IMG/VR virus record: IMGVR_UViG_3300021256_002629
Location: 74,510 to 138,509 of that record
Strand: one strand, 5' to 3'
DNA from: a virus
Taxonomy: Duplodnaviria > Caudoviricetes
Length of the DNA stretch: 64,000 bases
A program made the translations under genes and the position numbers. The notes beneath the pieces were generated by a model. That model made no database searches. It worked only from the letters and a program-made list of their open reading frames with translations, and had not been told where the DNA came from. Within the stretch, counting starts at the first letter, position 1; every line of letters starts with the position of its first letter. Below are positions 8,725 to 18,248 of this stretch, in pieces.

Positions 8725-10827
8725 GATTTTGACGGCGATACTTGTGCTCTACAGTTAGTTCCAGAGGAGGCAGCTCAGGATACTTATGAAAAGATGAGCC
8801 CAAGATTTGTAAATGTTTATAAGAAAAACAATAAACCAATTTATCCTTTTAATCTTGAAACTTTAAATGGCTTAAACGTAGCTACTGAAGTTACTCCAGA
8901 TGATCCTAAAGATATTGAAGAGCCTAGATATTTCTACAATGACTATGCAACCCTTTTGAAGGATGTAGAAGTTGAGAAGAAGATAAAGATAGGTACTCCA
9001 ATTGTCTTTACTGGAAAATTAGGGGGAGTTGATTTTAAGGAAAAGAAAACTACTTACGGAAGATTGAGAATAAGCAAAATCCTAGAAACAGATTTGGATA
9101 AGACTAAGATTCTTGACAGTCCTACAGAAGCTATTAGGGCTAAATCTGCCGGTAAGTTAAGTGAATGGATGAATGGTGATCCTAAGGGTGTTGAAAAGAG
9201 ATTAGCACTTCAGAAATTTGCACTTCGAGCTGTAACACTTGCTGGAGTAGTAACCTTTGATTACAAGACCCTATTTGTAGATACTAACACAGATCTTTAT
9301 AAAGAAATTTGTAAAATTGCTGATTCTAAGGATTACACAGATCAACAGAAGATTGCTATTCTTACTGAAAAATATGCAGCTTATGAGAAGGAGATTGAAA
9401 GCAAATTCTCAGAAGATCTTAAAGTTGAGTTGGATCGAGCTGGTAAGATTAAGCTGTCTTCTATCTCAGCTTTGAATATGCCACAGTTGATTCTATCTGG
9501 TGTTGATGAGATTCCTATTATTACTAGAGGTTCACTTCTTCAGGGTTATAGTGAAAAAGATATGATTTACCACTCTGTAGAAAATAGAAGCCTTCAGTCT
9601 ATTAAACAATCAGGTACTCCTACGTCAGGTTGGTTAACTCGTCAGATAACCTTCATTTTGAATAGTTTCGTTTATCATGAGGGTGTTGATGTAAATAATC
9701 CTGGTATCTTACTTCCAAGATATAAAGCTGGAGGTAGAACTGCACCAGACGGGACGTTATATCCAGAAAAGAATATAAAGGCTACTGCAGAGAGTGAGAA
9801 TGATCTAGTTCCTGTTCGTTCAATTATTTCAAAGAATACTGGGGATTTGAGTACAGTAACTCCAGACCTCATTGGAACAAAATTTAAAGACTTAACTGAT
9901 GGAACTGCAATTGGCTTGTCTTTTGCAACTTCTCTTACCGAGGGTTCTACCCAGAGTGCATTAGGTTTGAAACATGGAGGTCATGAACGAATATTGGACA
10001 AGAGTTTCTATTTAAAAGCTCCTGAAAAATGTGACTTTAGAGAAGAGGGTACTTGGCTTTACCTAAAATCAAAGAAAGGTGAGCTTAAATATCCTAGACC
10101 TATAAATTTCGTTAATGTAGGGAAAGATAAATTTGAAAAGGGTGAAAGTGTTGGTGTAGCTTATCAAACAGTTTCTCCAATTTCACAGGTTAATACATTA
10201 ATTGACTTTATAGGCGCACGTAGATCTGCTGGTTCACGTTATTATGAAAAGGACACCGTAATTATTTCAGACTGCTATGCATACGAAGATGGTGTTATCA
10301 ACTATGTAGAGGAGGGTGGTTCAATAGTAGAAGTAAGGATTGGAAGTAAGTCTTACCAATACAATCCTAAATGTATATACTACTATCCTGAAGGCTCTCA
10401 AGTGAAGAAATTTGATAGAATCTGTTCTGGAGTGGTTAATATGAGCCGCGTGATTTCAGGTTTGGGTAATAATCTATCAGATATCTATCTAATTTTTAGA
10501 AAGCAGTTTTTAACTATTTCAGATAAAGATTTCCAAAAGACTGGAGTTAGTTCTTTGTCTGGAACTCAGGAAGAACTTATAGAATTGTTATTTAGAGGCC
10601 TTACTTTAATCGAGTATGACCCTAAGAAATTGGAGATTGAGTCAATTGAATATAAAGGATCTCAGAGAAGTATCACTAGTAGAAACTCATTCTTTACCGT
10701 ATTGTCTTATGGTTATGGTAGCCAGGTTGTTAATAGAGCTATAAAAGGCGAAATTGAATTAACGGGTGATATCATGGCAGAAACAGTTCTTGGATTGCTC
10801 CTGAATAATAAGTTGGATGAAAAATAA
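8725..10827 (+). CDS. rpoC: RNA polymerase beta' subunit, exon 3 (spliced product about 1115 aa)
   Basis: Starts DFDGD; bridge helix TPTSGWLTRQ; trigger loop ATSLTEGSTQSALGLKHGG. Confidence 0.92.
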   Translation, partial: DFDGDTCALQLVPEEAAQDTYEKMSPRFVNVYKKNNKPIYPFNLETLNGLNVATEVTPDDPKDIEEPRYFYNDYATLLKDVEVEKKIKIGTPIVFTGKLGGVDFKEKKTTYGRLRISKILETDLDKTKILDSPTEAIRAKSAGKLSEWMNGDPKGVEKRLALQKFALRAVTLAGVVTFDYKTLFVDTNTDLYKEICKIADSKDYTDQQKIAILTEKYAAYEKEIESKFSEDLKVELDRAGKIKLSSISALNMPQLILSGVDEIPIITRGSLLQGYSEKDMIYHSVENRSLQSIKQSGTPTSGWLTRQITFILNSFVYHEGVDVNNPGILLPRYKAGGRTAPDGTLYPEKNIKATAESENDLVPVRSIISKNTGDLSTVTPDLIGTKFKDLTDGTAIGLSFATSLTEGSTQSALGLKHGGHERILDKSFYLKAPEKCDFREEGTWLYLKSKKGELKYPRPINFVNVGKDKFEKGESVGVAYQTVSPISQVNTLIDFIGARRSAGSRYYEKDTVIISDCYAYEDGVINYVEEGGSIVEVRIGSKSYQYNPKCIYYYPEGSQVKKFDRICSGVVNMSRVISGLGNNLSDIYLIFRKQFLTISDKDFQKTGVSSLSGTQEELIELLFRGLTLIEYDPKKLEIESIEYKGSQRSITSRNSFFTVLSYGYGSQVVNRAIKGEIELTGDIMAETVLGLLLNNKLDEK

Positions 10828-10855
10828 AATATTAAAACAAACAATTAAAACAGTT

Positions 10856-11194
10856 ATGGGAACTATTAAAATTGAACTAGACTTACCAGAGTTTGATAAT
10901 AATCTTGATATAAACATTTCTTTGAAAAAGGATAATGATGGGGTTATGAAAGTATGTCCTTCTTGGACTACTACGCCAATTCCTACTACTGATCCTTATC
11001 CTTACGTTGACCCAAATATTACTGAACCTTATTGTAATAGTAACGAACATGTAACTATATCGGGTCCAGCAAGTGGCAATGTAACGGTTACAATGGGAAA
11101 TTCAGAATCAAATCCAATTGCTGAGTCTAAGAAAGCATCAACTACTGCTAAAAAGAAATCTAGCGGCAATTTGATGGAATCCGATCTGTTTTGA
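10856..11194 (+). CDS. Hypothetical protein between RNAP subunits
   Basis: ORF track 10817-11194; ATG 10856 follows an A-rich leader. Confidence 0.6.
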   Translation: MGTIKIELDLPEFDNNLDINISLKKDNDGVMKVCPSWTTTPIPTTDPYPYVDPNITEPYCNSNEHVTISGPASGNVTVTMGNSESNPIAESKKASTTAKKKSSGNLMESDLF

Positions 11195-11208
11195 AAACTT
11201 TTTTAAAA

Positions 11209-11571
11209 ATGAAAGGTGTAAACGAAGATTATTATTATAAAATTTCAATATCCTATGAAGTTCCTTACAACATATTGGATAGTGAAGAACCTGCTGCAGT
11301 CCAAGCTAAAGAGACTCTGTATGAAAACTTGAAAACTATCATTCCTGAAAAGTATGAAAAGTTTTCTGCTAAGCTAGTTTTACATCAACTTAAAGATACT
11401 TACAATTATTTGGTTACTTATGATGCTTTTATTCGAGTTTCAGATGAACTTCCTATGGCCAGTTTAGTTGAAGCAAGAGAAGTAAGAGACAAAATAAAGG
11501 CGGAGCTAGAGGAATTCTTTAGCTCTGCTGATTGTGAGTATAAGCAAGTTAATATTAAAGCATTATTATAA
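11209..11571 (+). CDS. Hypothetical protein between RNAP subunits
   Basis: ORF track 11191-11571; first ATG at 11209. Confidence 0.65.
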   Translation: MKGVNEDYYYKISISYEVPYNILDSEEPAAVQAKETLYENLKTIIPEKYEKFSAKLVLHQLKDTYNYLVTYDAFIRVSDELPMASLVEAREVRDKIKAELEEFFSSADCEYKQVNIKALL

Positions 11572-11580
11572 ATTTAAAAG

Positions 11581-14500
11581 ATGAGTAATTTCAACGAATT
11601 CTTTAAATCAAGAGGAGCAAAATTACTGGTAGATAAATTCTTAAGCAATATTGATATTTATAGTAAAAATAAAATTACTTCATATACCTTCAATATTGAG
11701 GAAGAAAATTACCCTTTCTCTTACTATACCGAGAATGCACTTACTGCTACGTTTAAAGTAGTAATAAATTATATCTTGAATGGTGAAGAAGAAAAGGTAA
11801 CCGAATTTGAAGTTCCTAGAGAGGTCGATGGAGTATTTATTATTGAAGGAAAATTTAGAATTCCTACCAATACTTTAGGGCCAGATTTTGATATCCGCTT
11901 TAGAACTGTTGGAGCTGGAGACCACTTAATCATCTTTGATTACAATAGAAAATACCATATCTCTAAGAAGATTTTGCGTATTGAAAGAAGAGGTGATAGT
12001 GAGCTTACTCTAGTAGAACAGAGATTAGAGATAAAGTATGATAATATTGATAAAGTAGAAGGAGAGAAAAAGGAATTACTTAAGCTTACTCAAAGTCAAT
12101 CCCAAAAACTTCAGATAAAACTGGATTTGGATTATCAGCCTGAATATATTACGACAGAACTGATAGATAAGTGTATAGAATTTGGCGATGACCGAATGAA
12201 AGACTTGATTATCGACAAAACTATTGATACGGTTTCTACTAGTTTCGTAAAATTCATGATTAAGGGTGGTGCTGCAGGTCCTAGAAAGTTTATTATGGCA
12301 AAAAGACAGTTATCCGATTCCATGATAAAACAAGGACAGCTAGCAAATGAATTAACCTGTATTACTAACTTGGCTAATAGATTCTTTAAAGGTTCTTCCG
12401 ATAAAGAGGCTAAAGGAAAGCAAGGAGGTGATTCTAATTTGCAGGTTCCTCCAGGCATCAATGCAATAAATTTAGGATCATTAGGTGATAAAATCTCTAT
12501 TCCAAAAACTGTTGCATATAATCCTACTTATTCGGATTTGATTGATTTGGCAGATACCCCGATAAATCAGAATACAAATTTACAGAACTCACTTACTGTA
12601 TCTACTCATATAACTGATAGCGGTGTTTTATTTGATGTTTATGATAAGAATTTCCAAAAGATCACTATTAAATATTTAGATTATCTTAATTTAAAAGTAT
12701 GTTCTAGTGATTATGTAGATTACGATCATAAAAAGATAAAACCAAATGCTGATGGTCAGGTAGAGGTTAAGTACAGAATGAGGAGAAAAATGGTAAATGC
12801 GAATGAAATAGATCTAATTGATTTACATCCTGATTATAGATTATCTTCTGTAACTAGAAATATTCCATTCGTCAATTCTACCGACTCTGTTCGTATTTCA
12901 ATGGGTACTAGTATGCTTAAGCAGTCAATTCCTCTTGCTAATTCTCAAAGACCTTTAGTTGATACTGGTAGAAATGAGGAGTTGGCTAATAACGTCTTGA
13001 ATGAAAAATATGACGAAGAATCTGGTACAGTAACTTCTATAACTGAAGATAAAATTACTATTAAGAGCAAGTCAGGAAAAATTAGCGAATATCTAAGAAA
13101 GACGGCAATTAAGTCTCAGAATGATGTGGCTGTATTTACCGAGCCTAAAGTTAAAGTAGGTCAGAAAGTTAAAAGAGGTGACATCATTACTGGAGAGATT
13201 GGTAATACTTTCGAAGCTTATAAATCCGGGGTTAATGCATTAGTCTTATTCCATGCTTATTTTGGTTTAGTTAATGAGGATGCTCTAGTAGTTTCTGAAT
13301 CCTTAGCAAATAGGATGACTTCTTACAGTATAATCGATTACTCAATAAATATAACTGATCAAAAGTGTCTTAAATGGATTGCTCCTATAGGCACTAAAGT
13401 TAAGTCTAAAGATGCTATTGTTTCTTTATATCGTGCTGTCAGACTAGATAACGTGATTAAAGCTCTTAATGATAAACTTGGTGGTTTTTATGGAGAATCT
13501 GATTTAAATACTGCTTGTACTGTTGAAGATCTTACTGTAGGAAATAATATAGATGAGGGTTATGTATCTGATGTAATGATACAATATAATGCTAATCCAA
13601 TTATTTCAACAAAAGATAAAAAACCAGACTATACTTTTGCACTTAGCTCTCAAAAAGAGATTGATGATTATATGAGCGATTTCGATAAAAAGAGAAAGGT
13701 AATATATGATCAATTTCCGGAGTATGTAGCAGCAGATAGACTTCGCCCAATTAATATGAACCCAAGCGAGTTTAAGACCGTATATACAGTTCGTGTTAGG
13801 ATTATTAAGAAAACTATAGCAATGATTGGTTCTAAAATTACCAATCGTTATGGTGGTAAAGGTGTGGTTTCTGCGGTTAAGCCTGATGAACTTATGCCAA
13901 TTATGGTAGAAAAATCAACTGGCAAACAATATCGTGTAGAAGCTATCATGAATCCTTACTCAACTATTAGCCGTAAAATCGCTGGTGTACTTTGGGAACA
14001 GGATTTAGGTAATATCGCACATAGACTTTACGATCTTGTTGATGAATATAAAAAGACTAAAACTGGACAGAAGAAAATCATGCCTTTGTTGGAAAAATAT
14101 TATCCAGGAAGGTTTACTGATTTAACTGTTGAAGAGTTTATACATCTACATGAGACTAAGCCTATTGAAGAGAATTATCACTTTAGTGTAGGTTGCTATT
14201 CAGAATATACTGGAGAAAAAATTGAAAAGATGATGGAGGAATTAGGAGTTGATTCTAAATCCGATATATTAATGCCAGAGATTGAAATAGCAGACTTAGA
14301 AGAGCTGAAGGAAACCTTAAGTCCTGAGGAGTATAAGAAGACAGTAGATAACATGAAGGGTAAGTTTAGGAAAATAGAAAAGCCTCTTCAGTGTGGTTGG
14401 ATGACCCTTGAAGAACTTTATCATATTCCAAGTTACTCTAATAAAGTTACTACTAGTTTATATGGTAATGGAATCAGTTTTAGAAAAGATCAACCAACCT

Positions 14501-14766
14501 TAGGAAGAGGTTTGTATCGTGAAACTGGACAGAAGATAGGCGAAATGGAGCTTTGGGCATTATTGTCACGAAATGCTAAACAATATATTCAAGCTGCTCG
14601 TGGTGAAACTGCTAAAGAAGATAACCAAAAATTCCTTAATAATTTGTTAGGCTTAGGTTTAACTATTAAAGATGATAAAGGATATAATCAAGGTGGTTCT
14701 GATTTCAAAGCTCAACTCGCTGGACTTAAAACTAAATTTAGACTTAAAACAACTCCTAAGATATGA
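11581..14766 (+). CDS. rpoB: RNA polymerase beta subunit (phage-encoded, divergent)
   Basis: MGTSMLKQSIPL, NEDALVVSE, GSKITNRYGGKGVVS, MNPYSTISR and GQKIGEMELWAL correspond to conserved beta motifs. Confidence 0.93.
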   Translation: MSNFNEFFKSRGAKLLVDKFLSNIDIYSKNKITSYTFNIEEENYPFSYYTENALTATFKVVINYILNGEEEKVTEFEVPREVDGVFIIEGKFRIPTNTLGPDFDIRFRTVGAGDHLIIFDYNRKYHISKKILRIERRGDSELTLVEQRLEIKYDNIDKVEGEKKELLKLTQSQSQKLQIKLDLDYQPEYITTELIDKCIEFGDDRMKDLIIDKTIDTVSTSFVKFMIKGGAAGPRKFIMAKRQLSDSMIKQGQLANELTCITNLANRFFKGSSDKEAKGKQGGDSNLQVPPGINAINLGSLGDKISIPKTVAYNPTYSDLIDLADTPINQNTNLQNSLTVSTHITDSGVLFDVYDKNFQKITIKYLDYLNLKVCSSDYVDYDHKKIKPNADGQVEVKYRMRRKMVNANEIDLIDLHPDYRLSSVTRNIPFVNSTDSVRISMGTSMLKQSIPLANSQRPLVDTGRNEELANNVLNEKYDEESGTVTSITEDKITIKSKSGKISEYLRKTAIKSQNDVAVFTEPKVKVGQKVKRGDIITGEIGNTFEAYKSGVNALVLFHAYFGLVNEDALVVSESLANRMTSYSIIDYSINITDQKCLKWIAPIGTKVKSKDAIVSLYRAVRLDNVIKALNDKLGGFYGESDLNTACTVEDLTVGNNIDEGYVSDVMIQYNANPIISTKDKKPDYTFALSSQKEIDDYMSDFDKKRKVIYDQFPEYVAADRLRPINMNPSEFKTVYTVRVRIIKKTIAMIGSKITNRYGGKGVVSAVKPDELMPIMVEKSTGKQYRVEAIMNPYSTISRKIAGVLWEQDLGNIAHRLYDLVDEYKKTKTGQKKIMPLLEKYYPGRFTDLTVEEFIHLHETKPIEENYHFSVGCYSEYTGEKIEKMMEELGVDSKSDILMPEIEIADLEELKETLSPEEYKKTVDNMKGKFRKIEKPLQCGWMTLEELYHIPSYSNKVTTSLYGNGISFRKDQPTLGRGLYRETGQKIGEMELWALLSRNAKQYIQAARGETAKEDNQKFLNNLLGLGLTIKDDKGYNQGGSDFKAQLAGLKTKFRLKTTPKI

Positions 14767-15410
14767 TGGAAAATAATAGCAGCTGCCTTCTATGGGGTGT
14801 TGGATTATATACTCCAGTAGACTTAGGCAGTGTGTTTAGTATAAATGATTTGGAGGGAGAGGGTGTTCAACTTGACTCCCATATAACTGTATTGTACGCA
14901 GGTGATAAACTTCTGCCTAGAGAATCAATGATGGAAGATATCTCAACTATTCTTGGCGAAGAAAAGTTCTCAGAATTTATTAGTTATTGTAAAGATGAGC
15001 AATTTAGAAATGTATTTGATCTTTTTGAATTGGACAAATTTAGCAATGACAGTGATTATGTAATTTTGAAACTTAAAAAGAATAATGAGTTCTTTGGGAT
15101 ATTAAATCTTTTAAATAAAGGTTTACGAACAAAGTATAGAGTTAGTTCTGATTTCGATGGGTATACTCCACACATCACACTTGCAGAATTGCGTAAGGGC
15201 GAGGCTAATAAATATTTGGCAACTCCAGAATTACATCAAATTCTAGCAGATAGTAAAGTGGATTTTGAAGATTTGATATTTTCAATACCTCAAGATGATG
15301 ACTGGAAACAATTCTTTTTAACGAATTTTAAGAATGTCGATAGGTTTTTTAGAATTGAGGAACTGAAAAAGTACAATAAAGAGGTGCTTAATTCTGAAGG
15401 GTTAATTTAA
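14763..15410 (+). CDS. 2H phosphoesterase (2'-5' RNA ligase / Acb1-like)
   Basis: Two HxT motifs: SHITVLY and TPHITLA. Confidence 0.8.
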   Translation: MMENNSSCLLWGVGLYTPVDLGSVFSINDLEGEGVQLDSHITVLYAGDKLLPRESMMEDISTILGEEKFSEFISYCKDEQFRNVFDLFELDKFSNDSDYVILKLKKNNEFFGILNLLNKGLRTKYRVSSDFDGYTPHITLAELRKGEANKYLATPELHQILADSKVDFEDLIFSIPQDDDWKQFFLTNFKNVDRFFRIEELKKYNKEVLNSEGLI

Positions 15411-15521
15411 TTAAACCTAAAAGAGTATAAATAAAATAGAGGGGAATTTAAATCCTCTCTATTTTTTGCTTCGTCTAAATGCTTTATATATGATAGAATT
15501 AATAATTAAAACACAAATAAC

Positions 15522-15695
15522 ATGAAACAAGATTTAAAAGGAGAAGTAATTGTCAAAGATGAACTCAAAATTACGATAGAGTTGATCAACAATGATGACA
15601 CCAAAGTTGAACAAACAGCAATGGTAGTAAACCCATTCCAAGAGGTTATCGATTCTGATCAATCTTGGAAAGAAGATTTTGCCATAAGGCATTAA
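15522..15695 (+). CDS. 57-aa ORF MKQDLKGEVIVKDELKITI..., probable relic of a DUF285 cassette
   Basis: Promoter and first ~19 codons closely similar to 22506 gene; followed at 15700-15722 by caattcaatggagatatctcaa, a DUF285 repeat fragment (QFNGDIS). Confidence 0.5.
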   Translation: MKQDLKGEVIVKDELKITIELINNDDTKVEQTAMVVNPFQEVIDSDQSWKEDFAIRH

Positions 15696-15840
15696 TCAAT
15701 CAATTCAATGGAGATATCTCAATTTAGAAAGGTATATAACTTTTAGAAAGTTTTTGCCTTTCTTTTTTGCTATTTTTCTGATTTTGCCTTAATTTCTTAT
15801 ATATGATAACCGAATTCTAACAATTAAAAACACAAATAAA

Positions 15841-16272
15841 ATGAAAAAACGGTTCGTATTTGCAGAATTATGCAAAACTAATGATGTCTCTTTCTTCTTA
15901 GTTGATGAAATGCAGACAAAACTTGTAGGAAAATCAAGATGGCATGAAGGCGAGAAAAGAGTTGAAGATGCTAGAAAAGCAGGAATTGAATTAAGTCTAG
16001 AGTATGTAGTAATACCTGCTGTAGTTATTAATTCTACAGAGTTTCCAGTTGAGGGAATAGTATCGAAAGATTGGGAAAGAGCTATTCTCCAATTTGATTT
16101 AGAGGACGAAGGGTACGTACTTACTGATAGTTCTAAGTCCTCTTTTATGATCTATTCAAGAGAAGACGGCTTGGACTTATGTGACTCTGAAGAAAGTTTA
16201 TCAGAATTTACGCCAGAAGAACTTGATGTTTTCCAAAATGTTTTAAAGGAATGGGTTAAAATTCATTCTTAA
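15841..16272 (+). CDS. Hypothetical protein
   Basis: 143-aa ORF with CTTATATATGA at 15796 and hairpin terminator after. Confidence 0.7.
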   Translation: MKKRFVFAELCKTNDVSFFLVDEMQTKLVGKSRWHEGEKRVEDARKAGIELSLEYVVIPAVVINSTEFPVEGIVSKDWERAILQFDLEDEGYVLTDSSKSSFMIYSREDGLDLCDSEESLSEFTPEELDVFQNVLKEWVKIHS

Positions 16273-16399
16273 AATTATTAAAATCTTAGAAATAACTTTA
16301 ATTTCTAAGATTTTTTGTTTCGCCATGATCCCTTATGTATGATAATTAAGTAAAAACGAAAAAGGTGTATGATCTTATTGATAGAGAAAGGAGGATAGA

Positions 16400-16618
16400 A
16401 TGAAAAAGAGACAGATGATTAAACTAGCGAGTGCTGAGCAAAAAGGACCCTTTGGCAGAAGTTACGATGTTAGAATGTATTATAGGCTTATCCATACATT
16501 AATACATAATAATTTTTTTGGAACAATAAATACTCTTCACCGACTTAGTGATGATAAATCATTTAGGTTGGCGTATAAACTTTATAAACTCTATCGTAAA
16601 AATAAAAAACGATCATGA
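16400..16618 (+). CDS. Hypothetical protein
   Basis: ORF downstream of CTTATGTATG motif at 16332. Confidence 0.5.
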   Translation: MKKRQMIKLASAEQKGPFGRSYDVRMYYRLIHTLIHNNFFGTINTLHRLSDDKSFRLAYKLYKLYRKNKKRS

Positions 16619-16869
16619 TAGACAAATACGGAAATGATTGGTTTTGGCCTACTTTAATTTATGCGCTTGGTTGTTTGATTAATATTCTATTTTCAATCCC
16701 TAAAATAAAGTCTTTACATAAGGATGAGATGAATGATTTTAAATATTTTGACCCATCGAAATATGTTATTATATGTCTATGGCTTATAATTTCATCTTGG
16801 ATTTGTGTAATTTATACTATTGTGGAAATTCTAATAGAATATTATAAATCTAAAAAAGAAAATAGATGA
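16615..16869 (+). CDS. Small membrane protein (paralog of next gene)
   Basis: Two hydrophobic segments; SSWICV...IEYYKSK. Confidence 0.65.
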   Translation: MIDKYGNDWFWPTLIYALGCLINILFSIPKIKSLHKDEMNDFKYFDPSKYVIICLWLIISSWICVIYTIVEILIEYYKSKKENR

Positions 16870-17156
16870 TGGATATTATTTGGTCAGGCTTGTTTTATAT
16901 ATTTGGCTGTGGATTTAGTACTCTACTTTCAGTGTGCAAATTTAAAGCTAAGATCGATAATAGTGAGGTTGATTTTGGTCAGACAGCAAAATTCGCTTTA
17001 ATATCAACTTTTACGATAATAGTCTATATGGTCTCATCTTGGATTGGTGTAGTTGACATTATTATAGACTCTACCATAGAATATTGTAAGTCCAAAACTA
17101 AAAATAAAAAGAGAAAGATCTCTGACGAGAAGATTTCAGGATGGTTTAAAAAATAA
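16866..17156 (+). CDS. Small membrane protein (paralog of previous gene)
   Basis: Two hydrophobic segments; SSWIGV...IEYCKSK. Confidence 0.65.
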   Translation: MMDIIWSGLFYIFGCGFSTLLSVCKFKAKIDNSEVDFGQTAKFALISTFTIIVYMVSSWIGVVDIIIDSTIEYCKSKTKNKKRKISDEKISGWFKK

Positions 17157-17166
17157 AAACAAAACA

Positions 17167-17256
17167 ACGGAAAAGAATTATAAAACAGAAAAAGAAGGCA
17201 AGATGTTAAGAATTATCGCTCTTAAAGATTTCTTCGATGTCAAAAAAAAGAAATAA
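17167..17256 (+). pseudogene. Truncated remnant of hexapeptide-repeat gene family
   Basis: ACG in place of ATG, then EKNYKTEKEGKMLRIIALKDFFDVKK matching N-termini of 18249/18920/19548, then stop. Confidence 0.7.
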
Positions 17257-17268
17257 AGAAGAATTAAT

Positions 17269-17517
17269 ATGATTATGACTTTAGGAAGGCTGATGGAACT
17301 TTACCAAGCAGAGCAGCAAGGTAAACAAATAATGGTGAGGGTTTTTGAGCATGGATACTACAAGTCTCGTGAATACATTTCAAAAATCAATTTATTGGAC
17401 GAAGAGCTAAAAAATTTAGTTCTTGAACGTGACGATGATACGACTTATACTTATACATATTTCATCAAGGATGAAGAAGATGAATATGGAAATAAATTAA
17501 ATCATAAAAATGAATAG
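17269..17517 (+). CDS. Hypothetical protein
   Basis: ORF in tightly packed + strand run. Confidence 0.55.
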   Translation: MIMTLGRLMELYQAEQQGKQIMVRVFEHGYYKSREYISKINLLDEELKNLVLERDDDTTYTYTYFIKDEEDEYGNKLNHKNE

Positions 17518-17671
17518 AGAAGAAGTAAAAATCAAGTGTTTGGAGCTCGCTGTTGACTATATGAATCATCTGAAGCAACACCAAGACGCTTATCACACAG
17601 AAGAGAGTGTAATAATAAAAATAGCCGAAAAATTCGAGAATTATATAACAAAAGAAGAAAAAGAAGATTAA
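17510..17671 (+). CDS. Small hypothetical protein (53 aa, not in ORF track)
   Basis: MNREEVKIKCLELAVDY...AEKFENYITKEEKED fills the gap between neighbours. Confidence 0.55.
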   Translation: MNREEVKIKCLELAVDYMNHLKQHQDAYHTEESVIIKIAEKFENYITKEEKED

Positions 17672-17683
17672 ATATAAAAAACA

Positions 17684-17896
17684 ATGAAAAAATACAGAAT
17701 TTTAAAACTAGAATACGATAATTATATTCATTATTGCATTCAGAAGAGATTTTTGTTCTTTTGGTGGATTAGCCTTGATTCTATTGGAAATTATGTATCA
17801 TCATATTGTATTCCTACATATTATGATTCTCTTGACGAGGCAATGAATGCAATCAAAAGGTTTAATCCAAAGAAAATAGTAGTTAAAGAAATATGA
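17684..17896 (+). CDS. Hypothetical protein
   Basis: MKKYRI...YCIQKRFLFFWW type small phage protein. Confidence 0.6.
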   Translation: MKKYRILKLEYDNYIHYCIQKRFLFFWWISLDSIGNYVSSYCIPTYYDSLDEAMNAIKRFNPKKIVVKEI

Positions 17897-18225
17897 AGAA
17901 ATTTGAAGACCTTCAAGTTGGAGATGATATATATGTCGGGTTTGAAAAGAAAACTGTCACTAGAGTTAGACTAATAGATGACGACGACTATCCTTATTCT
18001 GACGATATGTTAGTATACACAAGTAAAGATAAATATTATTTGGTTAAAAGTCACTTATCTTCTGATTTCTATTGTGACTCCCGTAATCCGGATGAATGGA
18101 TTTTTACGGAGAAAGATGCTATAATAGAGCATTTAACAAAAGAGCTAAGAGATTTAAAACTTGATTACGAAGACAATAAAGCTTTTTATGAAAAATGGCT
18201 TGAAAGAGCGAAAAACCTGGAATAA
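17893..18225 (+). CDS. Hypothetical protein, distant relative of 21683/21997 family
   Basis: MKKFEDLQVGDDIY...IFTEKDAI versus MKRFKDLKEGDPVY...IFSDKEAI. Confidence 0.6.
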   Translation: MKKFEDLQVGDDIYVGFEKKTVTRVRLIDDDDYPYSDDMLVYTSKDKYYLVKSHLSSDFYCDSRNPDEWIFTEKDAIIEHLTKELRDLKLDYEDNKAFYEKWLERAKNLE

Positions 18226-18248
18226 AATATTAACTAATCTATACAATA

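Noticed and set aside
5416-10827. Naturally split phiKZ-type beta' subunits, or inteins
   Set aside because: Gaps carry group I intron core elements and stops; precise removal restores one frame; no intein terminal motifs
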